A stretch of 64,000 nucleotides of DNA from a virus (IMGVR_UViG_3300009132_000002), one strand, 5' to 3'. Positions 27,380 to 38,423 are shown, counted from the stretch's first letter. Numbers and translations: made by a program. Notes: a model not told the origin generated them from the letters alone.

Positions 27380-29380
27380 TTATACTGCGCCGACGACTTC
27401 TTCAAAAGAAACGCCAGATCGGACAGCTACAAAATTAAGAGTAATGAAGTTGATTGATCTTGCGGGCTTAATGAAGATATTCGCTATAAATTGATTTGTA
27501 TCAACTATTTCTGCGGTGTTATTTGTTTCATCGCATACTAGTCTAAAATCTGTAATACCTCTTCGACCCTGAACATTTCTAAGAACTGGTTCTACGATAT
27601 TTACAAACTCAGCTCTTGTAAATTCATCATTGAATTCAAAGAGAATATTCTGAGCAGCTGTAGATATTGCTTTTTCAAGAGTAAGGAACAATCTACGAAC
27701 GTTAATTCTGTCGAATGCTGAAGGTCTTGAAAGATGAGTTTTATCACCAAACAATGTAATACCTTGACCCGGCAAATTAGCGATTGAATTATAACCTGCT
27801 TTGTAAAGCTCATCTCTATCTGATTTATCTGGATTAAATGCTAGAGATGCTACTCCAAAGTATGTACCTCTTCTTGTACCTGCTGGTGAGAACCAAGGTG
27901 CTGTATCATTATCTGATGCAGCCATGATACCAGCTGTTGAAGAAGCAGCAGGAATAAACACATAGTTGTCATTAAACTTATCATACACTTTAAGATAGTT
28001 AGCATCTGCAAATAGATATGAACTACGTGTAAATGTATTACTTGTTTGAGCTGCAATAATAGCTGTTCTTGGTGAGGCATTTCCAACCACTGCTGTTCTA
28101 TTTGGAGAAGCTACAACAACACAGTCTTTTCTAGTATTTTCTGCAATACTTACCATGTTATTAACTACTGTTTGTTGATCACTAGCAGATCCCATACCTG
28201 GAGCAATTAAGAAATCAACTGCAGTTCCGTTTGGATCATTCATAGTAGCAAAACCTGTTGCATATTCTGCAGATGTAAGACTACCAGAATTTGAACCATT
28301 TACAAGACTTACGGTGTGTACTAATTCACCTGAACCGGCATAATTTTTACCGTTTGCTGTTGCGGTACCTGCATTAGAACCAAATGCTGCTGGCATTGCT
28401 GCTGACCAAATATAATTTGAACTTCTAGCAATTACGTCAGGTGCATAGTTTCCTGTACCTTGTGTTGTCTTTGCGTTTGAAGCAAGTGACAAATATGAGA
28501 AAGTTTCAAGAACTCTGTTAGGAACTCCACTGAACTCTCCATCTTCATCAATAACCGCTACGTGAACTTCATCATTTGAAGCACCACGATCTGAAGCAAA
28601 GCTTGATGTACCAGGCGCGCCGTCAAATAATGAAGCATAAGCCCAGTTAGTAAAGTCTGAATCATTAGCGCCACACATAGAAACTTTTAATGAGTTTCCT
28701 AGTTCACCTGGCCACTTAGCAATAGTAATATGATTATTAGCTGCATGACCTGCTTTATCAGCATCCCATCCATCAGCATTTTGTACTACTGGTAAATTTT
28801 CTGGTGTATTTGTGGCATCATATGCGTTAACAGCAACTGTTTCTCTTCCACCACCAGTAATAGTAAATACTGGATCTGTGATATATGTATACCCTGAACC
28901 TGATACAGTAATTCCATCAATTTCATCATTTGCGGAATCATATAAAACGGTTAATGTTGGAGCCGCACCTGAATCAGGTGCTGAAATTGTAACTGTTGGT
29001 TCTGAAGTATAACCACCATTTGGTGCTACTGTAACCGAAGTGATAATACCTGAACCATTTTTGTTTGCGGTAAGTACTGCTGGGATTTGTGCACCACCGG
29101 TAGCTGTTGAAGTTGTAATTGCTCTAACGACATAAAGATCGTCTGAATATTGTAAGTAATTTGAAGCACTTAGGAAATCTATTGCTCTATCTGCATCGGG
29201 ATTTCCAAATTTGTTTGCAAGAGTTGCTTCGTTGTTGACGAGTACCGGCTCATTTACAGGACCCCAGCGAAAGTCACCTACAAACGCACCAGTCGATGTT
29301 GGTACATTCGGGACTCCGTTAGTAAGGTCTACTTCACGAGTAATAATTGCCGGAGACTCTGATGCTGTATATAAAGCCAT
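27380..29380 (-). CDS. tail sheath protein gp18
   Basis: 666 aa; adjacent to the gp19 tube gene, in T4 order. Confidence 0.8.
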   Translation of the reverse strand: MALYTASESPAIITREVDLTNGVPNVPTSTGAFVGDFRWGPVNEPVLVNNEATLANKFGNPDADRAIDFLSASNYLQYSDDLYVVRAITTSTATGGAQIPAVLTANKNGSGIITSVTVAPNGGYTSEPTVTISAPDSGAAPTLTVLYDSANDEIDGITVSGSGYTYITDPVFTITGGGRETVAVNAYDATNTPENLPVVQNADGWDADKAGHAANNHITIAKWPGELGNSLKVSMCGANDSDFTNWAYASLFDGAPGTSSFASDRGASNDEVHVAVIDEDGEFSGVPNRVLETFSYLSLASNAKTTQGTGNYAPDVIARSSNYIWSAAMPAAFGSNAGTATANGKNYAGSGELVHTVSLVNGSNSGSLTSAEYATGFATMNDPNGTAVDFLIAPGMGSASDQQTVVNNMVSIAENTRKDCVVVASPNRTAVVGNASPRTAIIAAQTSNTFTRSSYLFADANYLKVYDKFNDNYVFIPAASSTAGIMAASDNDTAPWFSPAGTRRGTYFGVASLAFNPDKSDRDELYKAGYNSIANLPGQGITLFGDKTHLSRPSAFDRINVRRLFLTLEKAISTAAQNILFEFNDEFTRAEFVNIVEPVLRNVQGRRGITDFRLVCDETNNTAEIVDTNQFIANIFIKPARSINFITLNFVAVRSGVSFEEVVGAV

Positions 29381-29449
29381 GTCTCTTTCCTTTTTTCCAT
29401 TTTGGTAAATTATAAGCTATTTCATAATACGGTTATGTTCAATTAATAG

Positions 29450-29457
29450 TATTTATA
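29450..29457 (-). promoter_or_regulatory. possible late promoter TATAAATA upstream of gp18
   Basis: 70 nt upstream of the gp18 start, inside the gp17 3' end. Confidence 0.4.
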
Positions 29458-29468
29458 TAAAAAAGAGT

Positions 29469-31064
29469 TTAGAAGTTTTCATGATCATACTGAACTGCCC
29501 AACCAAGCGCATCTGGATCATGTTGAACTACTTGATCTAATCCATCATCTATAAAACCAAATGGAAGTATATCATTCTCAATCTCTTTCATTCTTTCTTC
29601 AAATAACATTTTTTTAATATCAATGTCAGTTATTTCATTAAAGAATACGGTTCCACTAAAATAACTAAACATAACAAAGTTCATTACTAAATCATCATGA
29701 TTTCCTTGAGATGCTTCGTAAGATTGACCCTTTGCAACAAAGGTTGATATTTCAAGTATAGTTTCTTCATCAACAATATCAATTTTATGACTTTCTAATA
29801 AATCTTTAAAAGAAGAACAACCAATTCTTTTAACTTTTCTAGTCATAAGTAACCCAAGAGAATTAGCTTTTACTGTTGATTCAACAAACATATTTTCATA
29901 TTCTAATTCGTGATATAAACCATTACAAACAACTTGACCAGCATCATTTGATTCAATTACTACCATAGCATCATTGTAAGAACTCGCATATTTATAAATA
30001 ATATCGGGGAAGAGTATTGGAGAGATAGTATTGTTGCGATAAACAGCAACTTGCTTAAACGGGTTAGCAGTTACATCGAGTAAATTAAAAGTCGAATAGT
30101 CCTGTCCTCTTCCCTTCGCAACATCCACGGTCATAACATATTGATGATCTTTCTTTGGTGTTTCATATATTTTAACATCTTCTTTAGTAGTCTGAATAGG
30201 ATCTTTTTTTCTTAGCGATAATAAAGTTTCTGCACCAATAAGTGTATCTCCAGTACCAAAGAACGTATTTCCAAATTCTTGATCAAACTGTAACTGAGAC
30301 GTATTAGCAATAGTTTGCCTTTTCCATTCTTCATCTCTTCCGGGAACATCCCACCAATTAATTTCAAATCCTTTATATTCATTTACGCCTTGTACGGCAC
30401 CTTCCCAGATTTTATGGAATACATTACCAATTCCATTTGCGGTTGATGTGATAATAACCTTTGTATCTTTACCGGAAGAAACAACCGGATATGTAGATGT
30501 ATAAAATTCATTTGCTCTTTCCACAAAAGCAAACTCGTCGAGATAAAGAAGGTTAACAGACATACCACGAATGGAAGAACCAGATGTGGCAGCTGCAACT
30601 ATTCTTGAATTATTGCTAAATTCTATAGAACCTTTATTAAGTGCTTTACAACCCGGCTGCAAAAAGAACGGTAAATTTTCAAGCATAAGAGTAATTCTGC
30701 CAAGCATTTCTCTGGCAGTTGATCCCTTATTTGCCATAACTGCAATTGTTTTTTCAGGATGAAATAAAGCAAACCAAAGTAAATATGCAACAGATGAGAT
30801 AGATTTACCTGACTGACGACATGCTAAGACAATAGAAAACCTATTGTCGTTAAAATGTTTAAATAATCTCTCTTGATAATCGTATAATTTAAAAGGAACT
30901 AAACCTTCATCAAGAGATATAATTTTACAATATGTTTTTGCAAAGTAGGCAGCATCCTGAGAGCATTTCATATACTCACTTACTTCGTGATTAGTCCACT
31001 GCTGTACAACCCCATCACGCTTGACGTTCGGATTTCCTAAGTATGATTCATTTTGGTTCATCAT
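29469..31064 (-). CDS. terminase large subunit gp17
   Basis: Walker A LACRQSGKS, Walker B LLYLDEFAF, C-terminal nuclease domain. Confidence 0.85.
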   Translation of the reverse strand: MMNQNESYLGNPNVKRDGVVQQWTNHEVSEYMKCSQDAAYFAKTYCKIISLDEGLVPFKLYDYQERLFKHFNDNRFSIVLACRQSGKSISSVAYLLWFALFHPEKTIAVMANKGSTAREMLGRITLMLENLPFFLQPGCKALNKGSIEFSNNSRIVAAATSGSSIRGMSVNLLYLDEFAFVERANEFYTSTYPVVSSGKDTKVIITSTANGIGNVFHKIWEGAVQGVNEYKGFEINWWDVPGRDEEWKRQTIANTSQLQFDQEFGNTFFGTGDTLIGAETLLSLRKKDPIQTTKEDVKIYETPKKDHQYVMTVDVAKGRGQDYSTFNLLDVTANPFKQVAVYRNNTISPILFPDIIYKYASSYNDAMVVIESNDAGQVVCNGLYHELEYENMFVESTVKANSLGLLMTRKVKRIGCSSFKDLLESHKIDIVDEETILEISTFVAKGQSYEASQGNHDDLVMNFVMFSYFSGTVFFNEITDIDIKKMLFEERMKEIENDILPFGFIDDGLDQVVQHDPDALGWAVQYDHENF

Positions 31065-31425
31065 TTAATCTATCTGTAATATCAATTACATTATCTTGTT
31101 CTTTATTCATATCTTGAAGCATGCGCTGTAGTTCTACTGTAGAACCAACAAAAAGATTATTATTAGTCGTGCCTTCAACAGGTTTAGCTATATCTTTTTT
31201 ATTATAATCTTTTTTCTTTTTATGAAGATCCATAAGACGATCATTAACATCTGATATATTTTTTATCATACCAGAAACAACTTCAAACGCTCTTGGGTGT
31301 TCAAGTTGTTTAGCAACCTCCATCATTTCTTCAAGAGCGCCTTGACCTTTTTCAATTAAATCGTAGTATGTTCTTCTCGAATACTCAAAATCATCATCTA
31401 CATTTTCGTGTTTTTCATCACTCAT
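31048..31425 (-). CDS. terminase small subunit gp16
   Basis: HPRAFEVVSGMIKNISDVNDRLMDLHKKKKD resembles T4 gp16 [31 protein letters not shown]; overlaps gp17 start. Confidence 0.7.
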   Translation of the reverse strand: MSDEKHENVDDDFEYSRRTYYDLIEKGQGALEEMMEVAKQLEHPRAFEVVSGMIKNISDVNDRLMDLHKKKKDYNKKDIAKPVEGTTNNNLFVGSTVELQRMLQDMNKEQDNVIDITDRLNDEPK

Positions 31426-31439
31426 AAATTTACTCCAAT

Positions 31440-32219
31440 TTAACCTGAGTCAAAATCTTCTAATATTGTTGTGGTAAAACCATAATCGCTATCTGGATTT
31501 ATTGATAGTGGATTAGGTGTTGTTGTAATCTTTTGTAGCTTTGGGTCATTAGAAATACTAAAGTTCACAGCATCGTGAATAGTAGTATCTGTTTGACGAA
31601 TAATCTTTTTCGCATCTATTGGACCATAGAAATTAACAGACATACCAAAATCTAATGTGTAAATAATAGTTCTTCTGTTTTCAAGTGTTCCTTCAAAGTC
31701 ATCACTAAAATTGACACCTTGGATTGTAACGGGAACATCTTCAACAATATCTGCATGTGTATCAGTAAATGGCTTAATACTAATTGTATATTGTGGATTG
31801 AAATACGGAAGTATTTGTTCTACCACCTGTAAAGCATCATCTTGGTTCTTTGCAAATATATTCAATTGAAATGTAATTTGATATGGGCTTGGAGAAAAGA
31901 ATTTATCACGTGTTGTATTAGTAACACCTTTATGATAATTATTTAACTTCGGAAGTTTTCTTTCAGGATCATATCCAATACTCGTAATTTCAAAAGACAT
32001 TCTTGGAAGCTTTAAAGCAATTTGTGAATTATTTCTTAAATCAGGATTTGTTCTAATTCTTTCAAGATATTTTTCTCTTGGTGCATATGCTAAAGGTACT
32101 TTTATTTGACTAACAGATTTGCCAGTCTTATCTTTACGAATAACATAAATGTCATTAAAAAGAGTACCAAATAAAGCAACTGATTTTCTAATTCTTTGAT
32201 GATAAAAATATGTAAACAT
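31440..32219 (-). CDS. tail completion / sheath stabiliser gp15
   Basis: Position and size (259 aa) in the conserved 13-14-15-16-17 order. Confidence 0.6.
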   Translation of the reverse strand: MFTYFYHQRIRKSVALFGTLFNDIYVIRKDKTGKSVSQIKVPLAYAPREKYLERIRTNPDLRNNSQIALKLPRMSFEITSIGYDPERKLPKLNNYHKGVTNTTRDKFFSPSPYQITFQLNIFAKNQDDALQVVEQILPYFNPQYTISIKPFTDTHADIVEDVPVTIQGVNFSDDFEGTLENRRTIIYTLDFGMSVNFYGPIDAKKIIRQTDTTIHDAVNFSISNDPKLQKITTTPNPLSINPDSDYGFTTTILEDFDSG

Positions 32220-33181
32220 TATAAATCCTCTGGATCGCCGAATGGGTTATTCTCAGAGAAATCTAAGAAGTCCAAACCAAAAGTATTTTCTGATGTATCA
32301 AATACATCATTTTGAGCAAAGCTACTATCTCCATATATATTTTCGTCTAATGTAACTATATTTCTATATACGGTTGTTGCTGAATCACCTATAAATGCTA
32401 ATGCGCCTGAAACATTTCTTAATCTAGTATTACTAATGGATCCAGGCACAAACATTCCATATGTACCATCACTTGTGCTCACATGAGATACTACTATATA
32501 ACTCTCAGACTGATTATATTCAAGAACTTCAGCTGTAATTATTTTTCCACCAGCTAAGGTTTGTTGTACAAATTCACCTTCCATAAAGTCATATGATCTA
32601 TTAGAATTGATACTATCAACACCTACGCTCATATTCAATTTGAGATTGTAACCTAGTTTTTCAATATCATCAATTGCATCAATACTTGTATTAAGTCTTT
32701 CATCGCTGTAAGTAAATAGTTCACATCTAAGTTTAAATGTTGGAAGATTACTTAGTTGATAAAAAGGTTGTTCGTGCTCAACATGCATAATTTCAAATAG
32801 TTTATTAGTAAGAGTAAGATAGATTAAATCTCCTTCTCTTGGTCTAATACTTTCTATTTGATTATTCATCTGACCGACTACATTAGTCCATCTTTTTCTG
32901 GCTACTATAAATGTAGCAGCATCTCTTATTTCAACACCAAACTTTGTAAATAGATCACCTTCTCCATCAAACCCTTCGGTGTTTTCAATATACATTTCTA
33001 TCTTATGAGCAGAAGAAAATACAGATGGGACATCTTCTCCGAATATAGTATTTTCATTTACTATCTCACGAGGTAAATAATAAACATCTTGGCCATATAT
33101 TTTTAGACTCTCTATGATTATATCTTCATAAAGATTTTGTTCGTTTTTGGCTCTTTGATTAAAATAATGATTTAAAGCCAT
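32219..33181 (-). CDS. neck protein gp14
   Basis: Position and size (320 aa); ATGA overlap with gp15. Confidence 0.55.
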   Translation of the reverse strand: MALNHYFNQRAKNEQNLYEDIIIESLKIYGQDVYYLPREIVNENTIFGEDVPSVFSSAHKIEMYIENTEGFDGEGDLFTKFGVEIRDAATFIVARKRWTNVVGQMNNQIESIRPREGDLIYLTLTNKLFEIMHVEHEQPFYQLSNLPTFKLRCELFTYSDERLNTSIDAIDDIEKLGYNLKLNMSVGVDSINSNRSYDFMEGEFVQQTLAGGKIITAEVLEYNQSESYIVVSHVSTSDGTYGMFVPGSISNTRLRNVSGALAFIGDSATTVYRNIVTLDENIYGDSSFAQNDVFDTSENTFGLDFLDFSENNPFGDPEDL

Positions 33182-33184
33182 TTA

Positions 33185-33940
33185 TTATCCTACAAAAAAG
33201 TCTGCTGGCATTTCGTGCTCAAGACGCATATTCTCTTCAAGCTTTTCAATGTCTTGCATTGCATCTTCAAAGATTTGTCTGCCGTTTAGCATTACACCAC
33301 CCGGTAGTTGCATACCTTCAAATTTTATAAGATTAGCACCCCACTGTCTCTTAATAAGAGCAGTAGTATAGGCTTTTATGAATTTATCGTTATATACACT
33401 TGTATGTGTATCTGGATCAATTAATTGGTAAACTTCAGCTACAATATAATCACCAGCTTTTATATCATTATCTTTAAAGTCACCAAAAATATAAAGTCTA
33501 TGCTGATGTCTTGAAAACTGAACTTGCGGCAAACCATTTAACTTCATATCAATTAAAGTTAAATATTGCTGTAGTTGACTATAATATGCAAGATCACCCG
33601 CAAAGTTTTGTAGATCAGTAATATCATTAAGCATCATTTGATACTTAACACTGAACATATCAATGCTATTATTACTTGAACTTGAAACGGGGAAAAGTTT
33701 AGAAACAATGTCTATATTATTAGGCATTGTGATATATTCGTTAGTTACATCATCTTCTGTTATGAGATGCTTAAAGTAAGTACGAAGAGTGGCATCAGAA
33801 TGAAACTCTTGATAAAAATCAAATGCTTCATCTATTCTATCTTCTATTTGATCTGGATCTACATTGATGTCGATAACCGGAGCGCCAAGTCTTCTTAAAC
33901 AATACTCTGATAATTCATCTCTTGAGGTAACTGCAGCCAT
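33185..33940 (-). CDS. neck protein gp13
   Basis: Position and size (251 aa); late promoter TATAAATA at 33973-33980. Confidence 0.55.
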   Translation of the reverse strand: MAAVTSRDELSEYCLRRLGAPVIDINVDPDQIEDRIDEAFDFYQEFHSDATLRTYFKHLITEDDVTNEYITMPNNIDIVSKLFPVSSSSNNSIDMFSVKYQMMLNDITDLQNFAGDLAYYSQLQQYLTLIDMKLNGLPQVQFSRHQHRLYIFGDFKDNDIKAGDYIVAEVYQLIDPDTHTSVYNDKFIKAYTTALIKRQWGANLIKFEGMQLPGGVMLNGRQIFEDAMQDIEKLEENMRLEHEMPADFFVG

Positions 33941-33972
33941 TATAACTTTCCTATTAAATAGTATTTGCTACT

Positions 33973-33980
33973 ATTTATAT
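33973..33980 (-). promoter_or_regulatory. T4-type late promoter TATAAATA upstream of gp13
   Basis: 33 nt upstream of the 33940 start. Confidence 0.6.
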
Positions 33981-34002
33981 AAAAAATTATTAGAACTTGA
34001 AA

Positions 34003-36516
34003 TTAACCTTCTAGTGGTTCTGTAGGTGGTGTAAAGTTTGTAGTATAACGAGCAAGACCTTTTGTAATTCTCACATCTTGAATATTACCAAACCATCTTT
34101 CGTTTCCACTAAATGATGAAAATCCATCGATTGCCCCAATACAATATGGATCTTCAGACATACTATGACTTATATCAGCACTATAATTTCTGGTGTATCG
34201 CAAAGTACCATCAACGTAAGTATAGAAAACTCCATTTACTCTTGTTGCAGCTAAATGAGTCCATTGGTTTGCTGGAATATCGTATGTGCCATGATTTACT
34301 GCAGTATCACCATACCCGCCTCTTACACGGTTGTATACATGAAAATTACCTGAGACCATGCCGCATGCTAAATTAAAAGAATCACCACAGCTAACAACTG
34401 TCGAATAAGATTGTCTACTTGTTGGATATACCCATGCTTCTACGGTCCAATCTTCTGTGCCAGCAAGCTTTGGTGCCCCGTTCATTGGGGCTGGCATCCA
34501 GTGACCCACTCCAGGAAAATACATTGAATAGGTTCCACTAAACTTCACTGGAGATGAAGCCCCTGCTGCACTTCCTACCGTTTCAATATTAGTAGTTTGA
34601 GAAGCATCAACAACAGCAGCGCCAATTCCTTTAAGATGTAATCCCGCAGAAGAATGTGTACTCATTGGAGCAGTTGGTACAGTACTTTCCCTCGCATCAC
34701 CTTTTACAACTTGAAAATCAGCCCAATGTCTTCCTGTGGTAGAGGTGTTAGTATTATTAAATAATTCTAAGTTTTTTTCGCTAGATACTCCAAGGTTCGC
34801 ACCAGTTGTTGTAATAACACTTTCTCCGTTTATTTTTACATGACCAGATCCGCTTGATGGCTGCCACCATTCAATGTAATTCCAAGCCTGTCTTTTAAAA
34901 GCACCATAGCCACTAAATGATGAATTCCAAGATCCACCCCCATCTCTAAATGTTAAACGTATTCTATCACCATTATTAGTATCTGGATAGTGTTGCATTG
35001 CGTAATAACCAGCGGCTGAGGTATTTGTTCCTTTTCGAAACAAATAATTTACTGTTGTATTTGTATCAGTACTATAATGCCAAAACTTCAGGGTAAAATC
35101 TGATGTTCCAACAGACAATTCATCTGATGATTCCGTTGCAGTTATTTTTTTATTAGCTTCATTTACAGTAATTGAACCACCGTTGACAGTTTTGTCATAC
35201 GGCTCACGATCAAATGGGCTAAATTGGCGTGTATAAATATAATTAATTCTTTCAGTAATAGTTTTTGGACTAGAACTTTTATCTAAAAAATTTGCCTCGG
35301 AACATCCTAAGAAAACTGTTCCAGTACCAGCAGTTGCAGGTGTAGTAATTGAAGCAGCAGTAGGTTCATTTGCGTATCCTGCTACGATATGAACATCTTT
35401 CATATATCCTTTAAAATCATGCGAACCTTGATATGTTTCACCAAGTTTACAACCTTGAGCAGTAAAATTTGTAGTATCACTTACTGTGGTGCCTACCTGA
35501 GAACCATTTAAGAATAATTTATTATTTCCAGATCCATCTCTTGTCCAACATAGATGCATCCACTCATTCACAGCTGTTGGTGCATCACTATTAGCAATAT
35601 TGAAAATGTATGAAGATTGATTATGAACTCTTATTAATTGACCGGGCCATACTTTAAAATACCAACCTGTACCGGCTCCAGTCTGATTGTCAACTATGGT
35701 CTGTTCCTGTGTGTTATTATCAACATATAACCATGCACTTACAGTTAATGCTCCAGTTCCTAATTCATAGTCTGATGAATTTGCACTAACATACGCATCG
35801 CCAGCAGTATCAGGAAAATATGTACTATACTGTCTATAAGGACTTAATCCTCCTTGAAATACTCCATCCCCATCAACGCTTATACTTGTATTATTTGTAG
35901 ATGAATCAGTGATACTTTCATTATTTCCTGTACCAACTGCATTTGCGTGCATTATAGTAAGTTTACTATTTGCTATGATTGTGATAAAATTAAGAGTGAA
36001 ACTAGAAACTGCAGGTAAGATATTTACTCCATCTGTTGCTCTAAAGGTTATACTACCCGTACCACCATCCGGAACTTGAGTTGAAGTTTTTGGAGTAATA
36101 GTAAATACACTAGAATCTTGACTGATAGTCGCAATAGAATCCATTGACCCACCAGTTTCATAACTATAAGAAATAGGGAATCCTTCTGGGTCTGATGCAG
36201 AAAGTGTAATGATAGTCGCATCCTGTGGGCTATCCGGATCTAATACAAAAGATGCTCCTGGTTGTCCACCTGAATCCCACGTTGGCGATTCGTTAACAAT
36301 CGCAATATTATACCAACCAGCGCCACTCCAAACAAACAATTTATTTGTATCAGCAACAAAGGCTTGATCACCAGCAGTATTTCCTGTAGCTGGTAACGAT
36401 TCGGCTGTGGCCACATCTATTTGTCCAGTATTAACTGAAGGAGCTGAATCCGTAACTGTGGATAAAACTCCCTTTTCACTAAAAGCTTGTGCTATAAGGA
36501 CTGACTTTGATGGCAT
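34003..36516 (-). CDS. fibre/whisker-like structural protein (837 aa) with two LamG/concanavalin-like domains
   Basis: Two jelly-roll signatures WMHLCWTRDGSGNNKLFLNGSQVG and WTHLAATRVNGVFYTYVDGTL; sits where T4 has wac/gp12. Confidence 0.55.
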   Translation of the reverse strand: MPSKSVLIAQAFSEKGVLSTVTDSAPSVNTGQIDVATAESLPATGNTAGDQAFVADTNKLFVWSGAGWYNIAIVNESPTWDSGGQPGASFVLDPDSPQDATIITLSASDPEGFPISYSYETGGSMDSIATISQDSSVFTITPKTSTQVPDGGTGSITFRATDGVNILPAVSSFTLNFITIIANSKLTIMHANAVGTGNNESITDSSTNNTSISVDGDGVFQGGLSPYRQYSTYFPDTAGDAYVSANSSDYELGTGALTVSAWLYVDNNTQEQTIVDNQTGAGTGWYFKVWPGQLIRVHNQSSYIFNIANSDAPTAVNEWMHLCWTRDGSGNNKLFLNGSQVGTTVSDTTNFTAQGCKLGETYQGSHDFKGYMKDVHIVAGYANEPTAASITTPATAGTGTVFLGCSEANFLDKSSSPKTITERINYIYTRQFSPFDREPYDKTVNGGSITVNEANKKITATESSDELSVGTSDFTLKFWHYSTDTNTTVNYLFRKGTNTSAAGYYAMQHYPDTNNGDRIRLTFRDGGGSWNSSFSGYGAFKRQAWNYIEWWQPSSGSGHVKINGESVITTTGANLGVSSEKNLELFNNTNTSTTGRHWADFQVVKGDARESTVPTAPMSTHSSAGLHLKGIGAAVVDASQTTNIETVGSAAGASSPVKFSGTYSMYFPGVGHWMPAPMNGAPKLAGTEDWTVEAWVYPTSRQSYSTVVSCGDSFNLACGMVSGNFHVYNRVRGGYGDTAVNHGTYDIPANQWTHLAATRVNGVFYTYVDGTLRYTRNYSADISHSMSEDPYCIGAIDGFSSFSGNERWFGNIQDVRITKGLARYTTNFTPPTEPLEG

Positions 36517-36518
36517 TC

Positions 36519-36731
36519 CTATTCCCTTTTAATTTCTTTTAGCATGACATTACATATTTCTACAGCTCTGCCATACCCATTTCTAAATCTGTTTTTACGA
36601 TTACCATATCGTTTAAACCACTCTAAGCTATTTATAACTCCATGACGCTTATCCTCAGCAACATCAAAATTTCTTGCCAAGTCTTCATATTCAGATCGTA
36701 GTCTTAATAGTTCAGCCAGTGATATATTCAT
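36519..36731 (-). CDS. hypothetical basic protein (70 aa)
   Basis: ORF track. Confidence 0.4.
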   Translation of the reverse strand: MNISLAELLRLRSEYEDLARNFDVAEDKRHGVINSLEWFKRYGNRKNRFRNGYGRAVEICNVMLKEIKRE

Positions 36732-37299
36732 ACAGTTCGCTCCAGTTTTTCATTAAAGGGAATTGTTTATTGTCCATATTGTGACCATGTTCAATTAGGA
36801 TACTTTCTAGTCCAAGCCGATCACCAAGTTCGGCATTTTCTGTTTTATCTTCTAACCAAAGATAACCACTACCTTTGTAAGGTTCTAGTACATCATCTTT
36901 ATCTGCACCAGTATCTGCAAAAGAAAAACTAGTGAAAGCGGTTTCTCCAAATAGTTTTTTAGTATTTTCAATCCGAAGAGCTTGAGCTGAAGGATCTAAT
37001 GACAAAGAAGTAACCATATGAAAAACATAACCATGTTTCCGATGGAGCAAATCTACATAATACATTGCATCACGTAATGGTGGCAAAAAGCCAATAGCTG
37101 CAGACTCATTAAAAGTTTGGACAACTAATTTTTTAGTCTGACTATCTAAGCCATAACGTAGACCCATATCATAGGCATGTTCATTTTCTGGAGAGATTTT
37201 ATAACCTTTGTGTTTCATCCAAAGATTAAAAGCGAACTCCCAGTTCATAAGAACACCATCGCAGTCGGTTAAGATTATTTTATTCATATTGTCAATCAT
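36712..37299 (-). CDS. HAD-superfamily 5'(3')-deoxyribonucleotidase-like phosphatase
   Basis: HAD motif I ILTDCDGVL near the N-terminus; size 195 aa typical of the NT5C family; early promoter upstream. Confidence 0.55.
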   Translation of the reverse strand: MIDNMNKIILTDCDGVLMNWEFAFNLWMKHKGYKISPENEHAYDMGLRYGLDSQTKKLVVQTFNESAAIGFLPPLRDAMYYVDLLHRKHGYVFHMVTSLSLDPSAQALRIENTKKLFGETAFTSFSFADTGADKDDVLEPYKGSGYLWLEDKTENAELGDRLGLESILIEHGHNMDNKQFPLMKNWSELYEYITG

Positions 37300-37329
37300 A
37301 TTTATTCCTTTTATTACAGTTAGAACATA

Positions 37330-37368
37330 GCATATTTTTTCTGATTTGTAAACCTCTAAAATGTAAAC
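37330..37368 (-). promoter_or_regulatory. early promoter cassette (tandem GTTTACA boxes) upstream of the HAD nucleotidase gene
   Basis: Plus tgtaaacctctaaaatgtaaacc. Confidence 0.45.
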
Positions 37369-37401
37369 CTATACTCATTATCTTTTCCATATCTAAAAGT
37401 A

Positions 37402-38046
37402 TTAGGCTGCTCTCGCAGCCCTAGCACTTTCTAATCTTTCATATGTCTTGAGCCACTGCTCTGGAGATTTAATATGATTACTAATCGTGACTTTAAGTTT
37501 ACGAGCTTTAAACTGGTTCTTTAATTCTTGAGCTTGTTCTCTACCCAAGAAGCGCGACACAAGCTTTAATAAGCAAATACGGAAACCAACATCATGGTGC
37601 ATATAACCTGCACTATGAGCCAATTCATGAAGCATAATATACTCGTTCATACCATTTGAATGAAGGAGGATCTTATGGCCATAAGACACGCCAGCATAAC
37701 GGTATCCACCAAGAGATTCTATCTCAACTTTTTTACGGAATTCGTGACCACTTTCTTTTACTAACTTTTTCCAAGTAGCCGAATTAGTGATTTTGTTTGT
37801 GAATTTTTGACAATCTTTTATTGTCTCAAATCGCTTACCATAACCAAACTTTTTATTATAAGCAAATTCTGCAGAATAAGTTTTTGATCTTTGAGAATCG
37901 GATCCAAGTGTAATTCTTTTTGTACGAATTATTGATTTCTTTTTCGCTTCATATTTAAGATAAGCAGCTATTGCTTCACGCTTCCAGTTTTTCGCTTTAA
38001 GACTATCGAATAGTTCTCTTTGATCTGAAGTAATTACGATTTGCAT
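37402..38046 (-). CDS. putative zinc metallopeptidase (HExxH)
   Basis: MLHELAHSAGYMHHD motif. Confidence 0.4.
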   Translation of the reverse strand: MQIVITSDQRELFDSLKAKNWKREAIAAYLKYEAKKKSIIRTKRITLGSDSQRSKTYSAEFAYNKKFGYGKRFETIKDCQKFTNKITNSATWKKLVKESGHEFRKKVEIESLGGYRYAGVSYGHKILLHSNGMNEYIMLHELAHSAGYMHHDVGFRICLLKLVSRFLGREQAQELKNQFKARKLKVTISNHIKSPEQWLKTYERLESARAARAA

Positions 38047-38141
38047 TATAGATCCTCTTTCTTTCTACTATTACAACATATCATATTTTATATGTAATGT
38101 AAAGAAAAAAGAATCTAATAAAAAGAATAACTTATAATTTT

Positions 38142-38423
38142 TTATGATTTGTATATATCTGTTAAATGCGTTTCAAAGGCTTCTACCTTCGCTAACCGAT
38201 TCGGCCAGAGAATATATTCCTTCTCTGGATTAGCCTTAAGATTATTTAAAAGAGGAATAATAGCATTATAGAGTTTATCAAGTTTATCTTGATATTCATT
38301 GGCACTTGCTGCAGCGCGAGCAGCTTCAGAACCAACTTCTGCTAACTTTTGCTGTTCTTTTTGAACAGCTTCTAATTCGTGTTCATCGACGGCTGTAAAA
38401 CCAAAATCAAAAATATCAGTCAT
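38142..38423 (-). CDS. hypothetical protein (93 aa)
   Basis: ORF track. Confidence 0.4.
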   Translation of the reverse strand: MTDIFDFGFTAVDEHELEAVQKEQQKLAEVGSEAARAAASANEYQDKLDKLYNAIIPLLNNLKANPEKEYILWPNRLAKVEAFETHLTDIYKS

